A stretch of 64,000 nt of DNA from Candidatus Hydrothermarchaeum profundi (lineage in GTDB: Archaea; Hydrothermarchaeota; Hydrothermarchaeia; Hydrothermarchaeales; Hydrothermarchaeaceae). Shown in pieces: positions 1 to 9,186 of the stretch. The stretch lies in assembly GCA_002011125.2 (NCBI GenBank), contig MTMF02000009.1, positions 1,320,989-1,384,988 on the forward strand, read 5' to 3'. A program made the position numbers and the translations under genes. Under the pieces are notes generated by a model. That model was not told where the DNA came from. It was given only the letters and a program-made list of their open reading frames with translations, and did not search any database. The stretch's first letter is position 1. The number at the start of each line of letters is the position of its first letter.

Positions 1-279
1 GAGTCCTCTACTTAAAATAATTGGAGTAACGACTTCCGTAAAACCTATCGATGTAAGTAAGGATACCAGTTTTGATTCAATTTTTCGTAGATCGGGTCTC
101 TTTTTATAACTCCGAAGAAGTTCAAGTCTTTCCTTGTTTTTGGTTGTAAGCCTATAACTGATTTTCTTGAAAACCTCTTCCCTTTCCTCGCTTGATTTAA
201 ATTTGAGTATAAGCTCTTCCTCTTCCAGCATTAGTTCTTTAAGCCGTTGTTTTTGAGCATCTGTAAAAGTTAAATCCAT
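1..279 (-). CDS. pylSc: Pyrrolysyl-tRNA synthetase catalytic (C-terminal) subunit, 5' part only (runs off window)
   Basis: Manual translation from ATG at 279: MDLTFTDAQKQRLKEL...KRPDLRKIESKLVSLLTSIGFTEVVTPIILSRGL, matching the PylSc/delta-N PylRS N-terminus (xTDAQxQRLxE ... GFxEVxTPI); adjacent to pylSn and tRNA-Pyl; absent from ORF track. Confidence 0.93.
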   Translation of the reverse strand, partial: MDLTFTDAQKQRLKELMLEEEELILKFKSSEEREEVFKKISYRLTTKNKERLELLRSYKKRPDLRKIESKLVSLLTSIGFTEVVTPIILSRGL

Positions 280-294
280 TTCTATGTCCCTTCC

Positions 295-579
295 TTAGGA
301 TTTCTTACCAGCAAATCTCTTCAACTTCCAATCAGGTATTTTGCATTTCTTGCAAGGAGTTATGTATCTTCTTTGCCGTAGCCATCTAGCCCTCCTACTA
401 TTCTTCGAGTTCCTTCCTCTAGAGACAGCATTGCAGTGCGTTCTTACAATAATAAAAGATCCTCTTTCTTCGATTTCTTTAACTCCATGTAAAGTACCTT
501 TTTTAGATACCCACAGATTTATTTTTTTTACAAGATCTAACAACGGAACACGTTTATCGAAAATATCTTTCTTGCTCAT
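295..579 (-). CDS. pylSn: Pyrrolysyl-tRNA synthetase N-terminal tRNA-binding domain protein
   Basis: Motifs LWVSKKGTLHGVK, THC, RNSKNSRRARWLR, CKKCKIPDWKL typical of PylSn; ATG at 579 (alternative GTG 588). Confidence 0.95.
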   Translation of the reverse strand: MSKKDIFDKRVPLLDLVKKINLWVSKKGTLHGVKEIEERGSFIIVRTHCNAVSRGRNSKNSRRARWLRQRRYITPCKKCKIPDWKLKRFAGKKS

Positions 580-595
580 TTGAATCACATATTAG

Positions 596-664
596 CGGAG
601 GGCCCGAGAGTCGAACCCGGCTGCATGGAGTTAGAGTCCATGCGGTCTCCCCGACCTGCCCTCC
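596..664 (-). tRNA. pylT: tRNA-Pyl, anticodon CUA
   Basis: GGAGGGC-A-GGTC-GGGGA-GACC-G-CATGGA-CT[CTA]AC-TCCATG-CAG-CCGGG-TTCGACT-CTCGG-GCCCTCC-G: one nt between acceptor and D stems, 5-nt D loop, 6-bp anticodon stem, 3-nt variable loop, G73; CCA not encoded. Confidence 0.97.
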
Positions 665-702
665 TATGGCGTACTCTACTAAAGTAAAATGGCTTTTTCT
701 AG

Positions 703-719
703 GATATTTAAATTTTTGG
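703..719 (-). promoter_or_regulatory. Putative BRE/TATA promoter of pylT-pylSn-pylSc
   Basis: CCAAAAA-TTTAAATA on minus strand ~40 nt upstream of the tRNA 5' end. Confidence 0.55.
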
Positions 720-771
720 CTAAATGGTATTGATGCTATGGTTATACTTTCTATGAAGATTAGAAATTCTA

Positions 772-788
772 CCGTAAAGGTTTTATAG
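772..788 (+). promoter_or_regulatory. Putative BRE/TATA promoter of mtbA-like gene
   Basis: CCGTAAAGG-TTTTATAG ~35 nt before ATG; near-identical to the fpo-like promoter CCGTAAAAC-TTTTATAG. Confidence 0.55.
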
Positions 789-822
789 TTCTTGCGTGTT
801 TCTTTTGTCTTGGTGATTTTGT

Positions 823-1830
823 ATGGATGTAGTGGATCGTTTTTTTAATGCACTTAAGGGTAAGGAGGTGGATAGGCCTCCGGTAACATGTGCTAATCAG
901 ACGGCTACAGTTGAGCAGATGGAGAAAGTTGGAGTATTTTGGCCTGAAGCACATAAAGATGCAGAGAAAATGGCTGTTTTAGCAGCTCAGGCATGGGAGC
1001 AACTAGGGCTGGAGGTTGTTGGTGTTCCTTTTTGCCAGACAGTTGAGGCTGAGGTTTTGGGATGTGAAATTAAGTGGAGTGATAAGAAGGACGCTATTCC
1101 CAGCGTACCTTTCGAGGGTTATGCCAGTCCAGATGATGTCACGGTTCCTGAGAACCTTCTGGAACAAGGAAGGATTCCTGTAGTCTTTAAGGCTTTGGAG
1201 ATTTTGAGGGAGAAATATGGTGAGCAAGTGCCAATCATGGGCCACGTTAATGGGCCTTTTAGCCTTGCGTCACATCTTACAGATCCTAGCAAGATGATGA
1301 AACTTATTCTCACGAAGCCGGATGTTGTTCCAGAGTTCTGTCGTATTTCAGTAGATGTTATTTCAGAGTATGCTAATGCAATGTATGATCATGGAGCCGA
1401 TGTGGTAGTTATAGAGGATATGATCGCAAGCGTTGACCTATTAGGTCCAAAGTTTTATGAAGACTTTAGTTTTCCTTTTGAGAAAGAGCTTGCAAGCCGT
1501 CTCAAGGGACCATCGATTTTGCACATTTGTGGAAATGCTACTTCAGTATTAGACAACATGATCGCTACAGGTTCTGATGGTATTAGTATTGATAGTAAAG
1601 TTGATGCCAGTTTAGCGGTTGAAAAGAGTAGGGGAAAATGTGCGGTGCTAGGGAATGTAGATGCATTAGTATTACTAAATGGCACTGTAGATGAGATTCA
1701 AAAAGAGACGATGAAGTCGATTGAAGCCAATGTTGACCTCGTTGCGCCGGCTTGTGCGATTTCTCCTCTTAATAGTAATAAAAATATCAAAGCTATGGTG
1801 GACACCGTAGTTGAATATGGGGGTAAGTGA
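823..1830 (+). CDS. mtbA: Methylcobamide:CoM methyltransferase MtbA/MtaA family (URO-D fold)
   Basis: DRPPV..QTATVEQM, PFCQTVEAEVLG, Zn motif LHICG and C-terminal APAC. Confidence 0.85.
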   Translation: MDVVDRFFNALKGKEVDRPPVTCANQTATVEQMEKVGVFWPEAHKDAEKMAVLAAQAWEQLGLEVVGVPFCQTVEAEVLGCEIKWSDKKDAIPSVPFEGYASPDDVTVPENLLEQGRIPVVFKALEILREKYGEQVPIMGHVNGPFSLASHLTDPSKMMKLILTKPDVVPEFCRISVDVISEYANAMYDHGADVVVIEDMIASVDLLGPKFYEDFSFPFEKELASRLKGPSILHICGNATSVLDNMIATGSDGISIDSKVDASLAVEKSRGKCAVLGNVDALVLLNGTVDEIQKETMKSIEANVDLVAPACAISPLNSNKNIKAMVDTVVEYGGK

Positions 1831-1986
1831 TTTAGTGTAATGATGACTACAGTTATGTGTCCCCCCCTTCCTCTTTTTTTATTCTTTAAAAAATGATATG
1901 AAAGCCTTCTTTTGTTAACTATTTAGGTAATATTCGTTACCCAAAAAAATAGTGATATATATACCTTTTACAACCTATAAGATTTC

Positions 1987-2670
1987 ATGCACATAATGGA
2001 AGGATTTTTACCGGGACCTTGGTGGTACTTGTGGTTCGTCTTCTCTGTACCAGTTGTCGGTTATGGGCTATGGAGAATGAAAAAGGTTGTTGAGGAGAAT
2101 CCTAATGTCAAAATATTACTTGCTTTAGCTGGCGCTTTTGTATTCGTGCTATCTTCGCTAAAACTTCCATCTGTTACAGGCTCTTGTTCACATCCCACGG
2201 GTACCGGGCTTAGTGTTATTCTATTCGGTCCGAGCGTAACAGCATTACTGTCAAGTATAGTACTTCTATATCAGGCTCTACTCCTTGCTCATGGAGGATT
2301 AACAACATGGGGCGCTAATGTTGCAAGTATGGGCATATTGGGGCCTCTCGTTGGCTGGTTAGTTTTTATTGCCTCTAGAAAAGTAAATCTAAATATGAAT
2401 CTAGCAGTATTCTTAACAGCTGCGGTCGCTGACCTAGCTACTTATGTAGTAACATCGATTCAACTAGCAGTCGCTTTTCCTGCAGCTACTGGAGGTGTAT
2501 TAACAAGTTTCAAGGCTTTTTTTGTAATCTTTGCTGTAACTCAAGTTCCTCTTGCGATAGTAGAGGGGCTTGTAACGGTAGTAATATTCAAATATCTTGT
2601 AGAATTACGAAGCGACCTTTTGGTGCATATGAATGTAATAAAACCAGCTGAGGAGGTGAGTACTGAGTGA
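1987..2670 (+). CDS. cbiM: Cobalt ECF transporter substrate component
   Basis: MHIMEGFLP N-terminus, SCSHPTG, AHGGLTT. Confidence 0.96.
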   Translation: MHIMEGFLPGPWWYLWFVFSVPVVGYGLWRMKKVVEENPNVKILLALAGAFVFVLSSLKLPSVTGSCSHPTGTGLSVILFGPSVTALLSSIVLLYQALLLAHGGLTTWGANVASMGILGPLVGWLVFIASRKVNLNMNLAVFLTAAVADLATYVVTSIQLAVAFPAATGGVLTSFKAFFVIFAVTQVPLAIVEGLVTVVIFKYLVELRSDLLVHMNVIKPAEEVSTE

Positions 2671-2954
2671 AGACTCCTATTATCTTTCTTCTTATACTCG
2701 TTGTTTTATTGGTACCTTTTATAATTAATGAGAATGCAGAATGGGGGGGCGCGGATGCTCAAGCAGAAGTAGCGATATCGGAGTTTACTGGGGGAACATA
2801 TGAGCCTTGGTTCAGTCCTATATGGGAGCCTCCTAGCGGGGAAATTGAAAGCCTTCTCTTTTCTCTACAAGCTGCACTGGGTGCAATTATAGTTGGATAC
2901 TTTATTGGGTACCATAAAGGTAAAAACTCAGTTGAAGAGGTTCAGGCGAGGTGA
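2667..2954 (+). CDS. cbiN: Cobalt ECF transporter component
   Basis: WGGAD, YEPWFSPIWEPPSGEIESLLFSLQAALGA. Confidence 0.96.
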   Translation: MKTPIIFLLILVVLLVPFIINENAEWGGADAQAEVAISEFTGGTYEPWFSPIWEPPSGEIESLLFSLQAALGAIIVGYFIGYHKGKNSVEEVQAR

Positions 2955-2961
2955 AAAATAG

Positions 2962-3753
2962 ATGCATGTACATCATCCCTTTGACATTTATACATACAAT
3001 AATGCCTTAAAAAGAGTACCTCCCCACTTTAAAGTATTAGTCTCTTTGGTTGCATTGCTTATAGTAGTAGCTTCTCCCTCCTTTGTGGCGCCTATCGCAA
3101 TTTTTGGTCTAATGTACTTTTTGACTGTGGTGAAGGCTAAGATCCCTAATAAAGTTTATCTAAAAGCGTTAACTGCTCCTTTGTTATTTACTATTCCCAC
3201 CCTCCCGCTTATGGCTTTCTTCTTTGGTGGGGGTGATGTATTATTCACAGTAAATATCTTGGGCTTTAGTCTTGCGGCTACTAGAGACGGGTTTAACTTA
3301 GCCCTCTTAGTTGCTTCACGGGTTATAGCGGGTAGTGCAAGCCTATTCTTCTTGGCTTTTACTACTCCTATGACTGAGATTTTTGGTGTAATGAGAGCCC
3401 TTAAATTCCCATCCCTTTTTGTCGAAATCGCTATGATGATATATCGATACATCTTCGTACTTATAGAAGAAGCAGAACAAATGATTTTTGCGCAAAATGT
3501 GAGACTCGGGTATAACACTTATAAGAGGAGTTATGAGTCTTTTGGACTATTAGTTAGCAATCTCTTTATAAGGTCTTGGCAGAAAGGTGAGCGAATTTTT
3601 AGAGCATTAGAAGCCCGGGGATATGAGGGGCAATTTGTTTTCTCTGATCAATCGCAACAAAAAATTACTTTTTTGCCTTTGTCTATATTGGGGGCTATAG
3701 GCATAGGTCTTGTTTTATTGGCGTACTACACTAGGGGGCTCACAATTTTTTAA
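2962..3753 (+). CDS. cbiQ: Cobalt ECF transporter T component
   Basis: Membrane protein with YRYIFVL, AQxxRLG and EARG motifs; operon context. Confidence 0.93.
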   Translation: MHVHHPFDIYTYNNALKRVPPHFKVLVSLVALLIVVASPSFVAPIAIFGLMYFLTVVKAKIPNKVYLKALTAPLLFTIPTLPLMAFFFGGGDVLFTVNILGFSLAATRDGFNLALLVASRVIAGSASLFFLAFTTPMTEIFGVMRALKFPSLFVEIAMMIYRYIFVLIEEAEQMIFAQNVRLGYNTYKRSYESFGLLVSNLFIRSWQKGERIFRALEARGYEGQFVFSDQSQQKITFLPLSILGAIGIGLVLLAYYTRGLTIF

Positions 3754-3763
3754 GGGATTGAAA

Positions 3764-5113
3764 ATGGAAGCTATTATAGCTACGAGATCACTGGACTACG
3801 TTTACCCAGATGGTACAAAGGCGTTGAAGGATATCAACGTTTCTATAGAGAGAGGGCTTAAAGTAGCTTTTATTGGTCCAAATGGAGCTGGGAAATCGAC
3901 TTTTCTGTTGCATCTCAATGGTATTTTAAGGCCTACTAGAGGGGAAGTTTTTATTGAGGGGAAGCCTCTAAAGTACGATAAGCAATCTTTAAAAAAGGTT
4001 AGGCAGAAGGTGGGTATGGTATTTCAAAACCCTGACGACCAACTATTCGCTCCTCAAGTATGGCAAGATGTGGCTTTTGGTCCGAGGAACATAGGGCTAC
4101 CTGAAAGTGAGGTAAGGGAAAGAGTTGACAAAGCATTGAAAATGGTTGGAATAGAACATCTCGCAGAGAAACCTCCTCATTTCTTGAGTGTAGGGCAAAA
4201 AAAGCGGGCAGCTATTGCTGGAATATTAGCTATGGATCCAGAGATCCTCGTATTAGACGAGCCTCTTAGCCATCTAGACCCTCAGGGTAGAAATGAACTT
4301 ATAGAAATCCTAGATGATCTAAGCTTCCTAGGTAAAACTATTCTCGTTGCAACTCATAGTGTAGAGTTCGCCTATTTTTGGGCGGATTACATATATGTAT
4401 TAATTTCTGGGACTATAAAATCTAGTGGAACTCCAGATGAAATTTTCAACGATTCAGAATTATTAAGTTCTGCCATGTTAGAGTCTCCAACACTTGTGGA
4501 GATTTATAATGAGCTTAAGGATAGAAAGTCGATATTAGGGAAAAAGACCCCAAAAAGCCGTCTTGACCTTATAAGCATGTTAGATGTGCCATTCTTAAAG
4601 TATATCGAGGCGCCTGAGGGAATAAGAGAAGGAGACACTGTGGAGCTAGCAATTGAAAATGGAAATCTTAAAATTCTTGGTGTGGCAGACTCTTCGTCAG
4701 ATAATAATTTAGGTGAAATAGTTGAGATAGTTAACGGAGAGTTAGCCGCTGTGAAAATACTGAGTCCAGGAGGTATAAAAAGAAGAGGAAAGATATTTAT
4801 CTGTAGTGTTGATTCCTTAGAAAAATCTAAGTTATTTGAGTTCCTAGATAATAATGATATTAAACATATAGGAGCAAAGGGTACCAGAGCGAAGCTATAT
4901 GCGCGTAGGGAAAATATACCTATGGATATTAAGAGAGATGTCATTAATGAAACAATGTTAAAAGCGCTTTCCGGTAAAAAGGTGCTACTGATTGTGAGTG
5001 ATGGAATGGTTGAAGCTACAAGAAAACTGTTAGAAGATTGTATAAAAGAGAATGGTTATGATCTCTCGATAGACATTCTTGCACGGGAATTAAAAGGGGA
5101 CCAGGTAGGCTAA
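3764..5113 (+). CDS. cbiO: Cobalt ECF ATPase with C-terminal extension
   Basis: GPNGAGKS, FQNPDDQLF, LSVGQKKR, LDEP; likely ATG 3764. Confidence 0.92.
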   Translation: MEAIIATRSLDYVYPDGTKALKDINVSIERGLKVAFIGPNGAGKSTFLLHLNGILRPTRGEVFIEGKPLKYDKQSLKKVRQKVGMVFQNPDDQLFAPQVWQDVAFGPRNIGLPESEVRERVDKALKMVGIEHLAEKPPHFLSVGQKKRAAIAGILAMDPEILVLDEPLSHLDPQGRNELIEILDDLSFLGKTILVATHSVEFAYFWADYIYVLISGTIKSSGTPDEIFNDSELLSSAMLESPTLVEIYNELKDRKSILGKKTPKSRLDLISMLDVPFLKYIEAPEGIREGDTVELAIENGNLKILGVADSSSDNNLGEIVEIVNGELAAVKILSPGGIKRRGKIFICSVDSLEKSKLFEFLDNNDIKHIGAKGTRAKLYARRENIPMDIKRDVINETMLKALSGKKVLLIVSDGMVEATRKLLEDCIKENGYDLSIDILARELKGDQVG

Positions 5114-5164
5114 AAGCCTATGAATCTGGGAGGAGAGGTAATCTATAGAAAGCGAGGTGAAAAA

Positions 5165-5569
5165 ATGATAGGCGTTGTTGTAGTTGGGCATGGAAGTAGA
5201 CTACCGCAGAGTAAGGGTATCTACGAGGAGATTGGTAGGAAGGTCGCAGAGAAGTCGGGTTTCGAGGTTAAAGTCGGTTATATGAAACACTGGCGTCCTA
5301 CTCTTGTTGAAGCCATAAACTCGTTTATAAAAGAGGGTAAGAAAAAAATAGTTATCGTGCCTGTTTTCCTTCTCCCCGGATTACATGTTTCTGAAGATAT
5401 TCCAGTCTTACTTGGACTAAAAGAAGGAGAATCGCCCGAGTTTGGCTATGAAAGAATAAATGTCCCAGATGATGTTGAAATCTTCTATGCTAATAGTTTG
5501 GGAGCGGATGAGAGACTGGCCGATATCGTGGTTGATAGGATACATGAGTCCTTGAATGGATCTAAATAA
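5165..5569 (+). CDS. cbiX: Sirohydrochlorin cobalt/nickel chelatase, short form (CbiXS/CfbA-like)
   Basis: VGHGSR, FLLPGLHVSEDIP, LGADERL; SD GAGGTG before ATG 5165. Confidence 0.9.
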   Translation: MIGVVVVGHGSRLPQSKGIYEEIGRKVAEKSGFEVKVGYMKHWRPTLVEAINSFIKEGKKKIVIVPVFLLPGLHVSEDIPVLLGLKEGESPEFGYERINVPDDVEIFYANSLGADERLADIVVDRIHESLNGSK

Positions 5570-5624
5570 GTTAAATAATAGAGGTAGCAAGCATTATAAA
5601 TAGTTTGCAGAGAGGTGATATAAA

Positions 5625-6332
5625 GTGGATCTTTTTATCTTTATCTTCGCATCAATTTCAATTGCGGTACTTCATACGCTTGTTCCAGACCACTATTTAC
5701 CAATAGCTTTGTTGGCACAGGCGCAAAATTGGAGTCTGAGGAAGACAGCTTTGATAACCGGACTTGCAGGGATGGGACATGTAGCGACTTCTATAGTTAT
5801 AGGTATTTTAGCTATGGGGATTAGTATGCAATTTTCTGAAAACTTGGCTTCAAAGGCTGAGTTATTAACTAAGGGGATGCTAATATCTTTTGGTCTTTTA
5901 TATACCCTTTATGCAGTTAAGTCAGGTGGACATCTGCACTACCATCATTCTCACGGCGCTTCTGATGTCCATGAGCATAAGAAAAAAAACGGAATTGGAG
6001 TCACAGGTTATACTATGGCTCTTATCGTAGGGCTAATGCCCTGTGTGCCAGCGATACCAATATTTATTTCAGCAAGTTTAAAGAGCACATATTACGCTGC
6101 CTTATCTATGGTAGCGTTTGCGATTTTCACTTTATTAACAATGTATATTATGGTGCTTGTAAGTATCGCTCCAAAGAAATACGGCTTAATGCCACCTATA
6201 ATAAGGAGGAATATGGATATAATCTCTGGAATTATAATTTTTCTTACAGGCATCATCATCACGATATTTGACCTAAGAAATAAGAAGAGTCCCAAAAGAT
6301 TCTTAGTTGATAAAACGGAGGCTTATGTTTGA
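5625..6332 (+). CDS. His-rich Ni/Co permease (NiCoT/UreH/RcnA-like)
   Basis: LHTLVPDH, GHV, His-rich loop HLHYHHSHG..HEH, LMPC; multi-TM. Confidence 0.75.
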   Translation: MDLFIFIFASISIAVLHTLVPDHYLPIALLAQAQNWSLRKTALITGLAGMGHVATSIVIGILAMGISMQFSENLASKAELLTKGMLISFGLLYTLYAVKSGGHLHYHHSHGASDVHEHKKKNGIGVTGYTMALIVGLMPCVPAIPIFISASLKSTYYAALSMVAFAIFTLLTMYIMVLVSIAPKKYGLMPPIIRRNMDIISGIIIFLTGIIITIFDLRNKKSPKRFLVDKTEAYV

Positions 6333-6919
6333 AGGGAAAGGAAATAGAAGAAAAAAGCTTTGAGATTATAGAAGAGAGGCTTAAGAATTTTCCTTCGCCA
6401 GAGAGAGAGGTTATAAAAAGGATAGTTCATACCACCGCAGATTTTAGCTTAGCGGACTTAGTAGTGTTTCATAATGACCCAGTTCATAAAGGTATAGAGG
6501 CGATAAAGTCTAATAAGAGAATATTTACTGATGTGAGAATGGTCCAGGCAGGAATTACTCGGTACAAGGGTGAAGTAAAATGTCTCATCGATACTGAGGA
6601 GGTTAAATCATTTTCAGAGTCTTCTGGGAAAACTAGGGCAGCGTCAGCATTTCAGTTGGCTCGCGGAGAATTAGATGGAGCGATTATTGCAATAGGGAAT
6701 GCTCCAACAGCATTATTGGAAGTCTGCTCCCTTATTGAGGACGGTATTTCTCCTTCCCTTGTAGTTGGAACGCCGGTGGGGTTCGTAAGCGCCGAGGAAT
6801 CTAAAGAGAGAATATTACAATATGATGTTCCATCGATAGTGGTTAGAGGGAAGAGGGGGGGTAGCAATATCGCAGCAGCTATAATAAATGCGCTTATTAT
6901 TCTATCAGAGAAAGAATGA
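6329..6919 (+). CDS. cbiC: Cobalt-precorrin-8 methylmutase
   Basis: IEEKSFEII, RIVHTTAD, IGNAPTAL, PVGFV, GKRGGS. Confidence 0.95.
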   Translation: MKGKEIEEKSFEIIEERLKNFPSPEREVIKRIVHTTADFSLADLVVFHNDPVHKGIEAIKSNKRIFTDVRMVQAGITRYKGEVKCLIDTEEVKSFSESSGKTRAASAFQLARGELDGAIIAIGNAPTALLEVCSLIEDGISPSLVVGTPVGFVSAEESKERILQYDVPSIVVRGKRGGSNIAAAIINALIILSEKE

Positions 6920-8022
6920 AGCCGTATGTAATTAGAAAAGGTAAAGTCTTAAGAAGGGGTTTTACGACAGGAACGTATTCTGCCGCGGCAGCAAAGGCCG
7001 CAGTTAGCATGTTGTTTGGCGTCCCTATAGATACAGTAAAAGTAGAGTTACCTATTGGTGCAGAAGTTAAAATAAAGATTTCTAAAGCTTTTAAAGAAAA
7101 AGGCAAGGCTGTGTGTTGCGTCGTAAAAGATGCGGGAGATGACCCGGATGTTACTCATAAAGCAGAAATCTGTGTAAAAGCAAAAAAGATCAGTAAGGGC
7201 ATTGAATTAAAGGGAGGCGAGGGAGTAGGTATTGTCACTAAACCAGGATTACAAGTAAGGGTAGGAGAGCCTGCAATAAATCCAGTTCCAAGAAAAATGA
7301 TTTTTAATGAAATAAAGAAAGTATTGCCTAAAGGCGCTGGAGTTGAGGTTACAGTCTTTGTTCCTAAGGGCGAGGAGTTAGCTAAAAAAACAATGAACGA
7401 AAGGCTTGGGATAGTAGGGGGGATATCTATCCTTGGTACTACAGGTGTTGTGGAGCCTATGTCAGAAGAAGCATTTAAAGAATCATTAGTTCCTCAAATA
7501 GGCGTAGCGTTGGCTCAAGGATATAAAGAAGTAGTACTTACCCCTGGCCGAATAGGAGAAAAGAATGCTTTGAAGCTAGGTATACCGGAGGATGCTATAG
7601 TTCAAATGGGAAATTTCGTAGGCTTTATGCTTCGTGAATGTGCGAAGAGAGGAGTGGAGAAAGCCGTTCTTTTTGGGCATGTTGGAAAATTAACAAAAGT
7701 GGCAGCAGGATTTTTTAATACACATAGTAAGATCTCAGATTCGAGAATAGAGACTATAACGAGACATGCAATCAAGCTAGGTATAGAAGAAGATATTATA
7801 TGTATGGTAATGGATGCTAATACTGCTGAACATGCTCTTCAAATACTAAAGGATAAAAGTAAATTACATATTTTTGATTCTATAGCGGAAGAAGTGGTGA
7901 GAAAAGCAGTAGAATTCGCAGGAGGAAAAATGGAGATTGGTGCGGCGTTGCTTTCCTTGGATGGAGAGATTGTAGGGAAATATAACTTGGAGGCCTGTAG
8001 ATGGGGAAAATATATGTTATAG
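6916..8022 (+). CDS. cbiD: Cobalt-precorrin-5B C1-methyltransferase
   Basis: LRRGFTTGT, KDAGDDPDVTH, PAINPVPR, GGISILGTTG. Confidence 0.96.
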   Translation: MKPYVIRKGKVLRRGFTTGTYSAAAAKAAVSMLFGVPIDTVKVELPIGAEVKIKISKAFKEKGKAVCCVVKDAGDDPDVTHKAEICVKAKKISKGIELKGGEGVGIVTKPGLQVRVGEPAINPVPRKMIFNEIKKVLPKGAGVEVTVFVPKGEELAKKTMNERLGIVGGISILGTTGVVEPMSEEAFKESLVPQIGVALAQGYKEVVLTPGRIGEKNALKLGIPEDAIVQMGNFVGFMLRECAKRGVEKAVLFGHVGKLTKVAAGFFNTHSKISDSRIETITRHAIKLGIEEDIICMVMDANTAEHALQILKDKSKLHIFDSIAEEVVRKAVEFAGGKMEIGAALLSLDGEIVGKYNLEACRWGKYML

Positions 8023-9185
8023 GTACTGGTCCCGGATCGATAGATTATTTAACTCCTGCAGCAAGGAAGGCGGTAGAAAAAGCAGATGTTATCGTTGGAG
8101 GAAAGAATGCCCTGTCTCTATTCTCCTTTAATAAGCCTAATAAATTCATAGATAAAGAACTGCGGAGTGTTCTTGAATATATTTCAGATAATAGGGAAAA
8201 AAATATAGCAGTCTTAACCTCTGGAGACCCAGGATTTTATAGTATACTCGGGCTTTTGACTAAGAATTTTCCTAGGGAAGATATAGAAGTCATACCTGGA
8301 ATTAGCTCGGTTCAACTGTGCTTCGCTAAGTTAAAGGATAGCTGGCATGATGCGAGATTCATTAGTCTCCATGGACGTAATATTGAAAATTTATTGACTA
8401 TCCATGGCGAAAAAATCGTGATTTTAACAGATGAAGCTTCAAAGCCAGAGAAAATCGCTCAATATCTATTGGATAGAGGGATTAAAGGTAGAGCGTGGGT
8501 ATGTGATAGTCTCTGTCAGTCATCTGAGCGCATTATAGAATCAGATTTAAGGGGGATATCAAGCAAGAAGTTTTCTGGAAATGCTATAATGGTAGTTAAA
8601 CCCTCTATAGAGCGAAAATGGAGGCATCGTACTCCGGGTATACCGGACAAGCTCTTTGAAAAAGGCGGGTCTCCGATGACTAAGGAAGAAGTAAGGGTGA
8701 TAACAATATCTAAAGCGAGAATTAATAGGGATAGCGTAGTATATGACATAGGATCGGGTACTGGTTCTATAGCGATTGAGGCCGCGATACAAGCTGATAT
8801 GGGAAAAGTATATTCTATCGAAAAAAACCCTGAAAGGTGTAAGATAATTATGAAGAATATTCTGGCGTTTGGGCTTCCAAATATCGAGGTTGTGCAGGGA
8901 GAAGCTCCAGAGGTTATAGAGAGCCTTTCACCGGCGGATAGGATTATAGTGGGGGGTAGTGGTGGAAAAATAAGAGAAATCATAGAGGCTAGTATTACTA
9001 AACTCAAGAGAGATGGCGTGATAGTAATAAATGCATTTAAAGAAGAAACGATTAAAGAATCAACGAAAACTCTGAAAGACTTAAATTTAAATTACAATAT
9101 TACTACTGTTTCGATAGAAAGAATTCGCGGTGGAAGCGTTGCTAAATTAAATCCAATTTCTATAATAGATGCAAGGAGGCAATGA
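8001..9185 (+). CDS. cbiET: Fused cobalt-precorrin-7 C5-methyltransferase / C15-methyltransferase-decarboxylase
   Basis: N-term GTGPG, SGDPGFY, PGISS, SLHGR; C-term [16 protein letters not shown]. Confidence 0.93.
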   Translation: MGKIYVIGTGPGSIDYLTPAARKAVEKADVIVGGKNALSLFSFNKPNKFIDKELRSVLEYISDNREKNIAVLTSGDPGFYSILGLLTKNFPREDIEVIPGISSVQLCFAKLKDSWHDARFISLHGRNIENLLTIHGEKIVILTDEASKPEKIAQYLLDRGIKGRAWVCDSLCQSSERIIESDLRGISSKKFSGNAIMVVKPSIERKWRHRTPGIPDKLFEKGGSPMTKEEVRVITISKARINRDSVVYDIGSGTGSIAIEAAIQADMGKVYSIEKNPERCKIIMKNILAFGLPNIEVVQGEAPEVIESLSPADRIIVGGSGGKIREIIEASITKLKRDGVIVINAFKEETIKESTKTLKDLNLNYNITTVSIERIRGGSVAKLNPISIIDARRQ

Positions 9186-9186
9186 A

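Noticed and set aside
341-583. Plus-strand 80-aa ORF and the many other antisense or alternate-frame ORFs in the track
   Set aside because: They are shadows of well-supported genes on the opposite strand or frame and show no motifs
1831-1986. Cobalamin riboswitch or C/D-box RNA upstream of cbiM
   Set aside because: No B12-box or stable structure; an ATGATGA is present but has no matching CTGA box; the C/T-rich run fits a terminator
8020-8052. Pyl read-through of the cbiD TAG (and of other TAG stops) giving extended or fused proteins
   Set aside because: Read-through frames soon reach TAA/TGA and encode nothing recognisable; cbiET is in another frame
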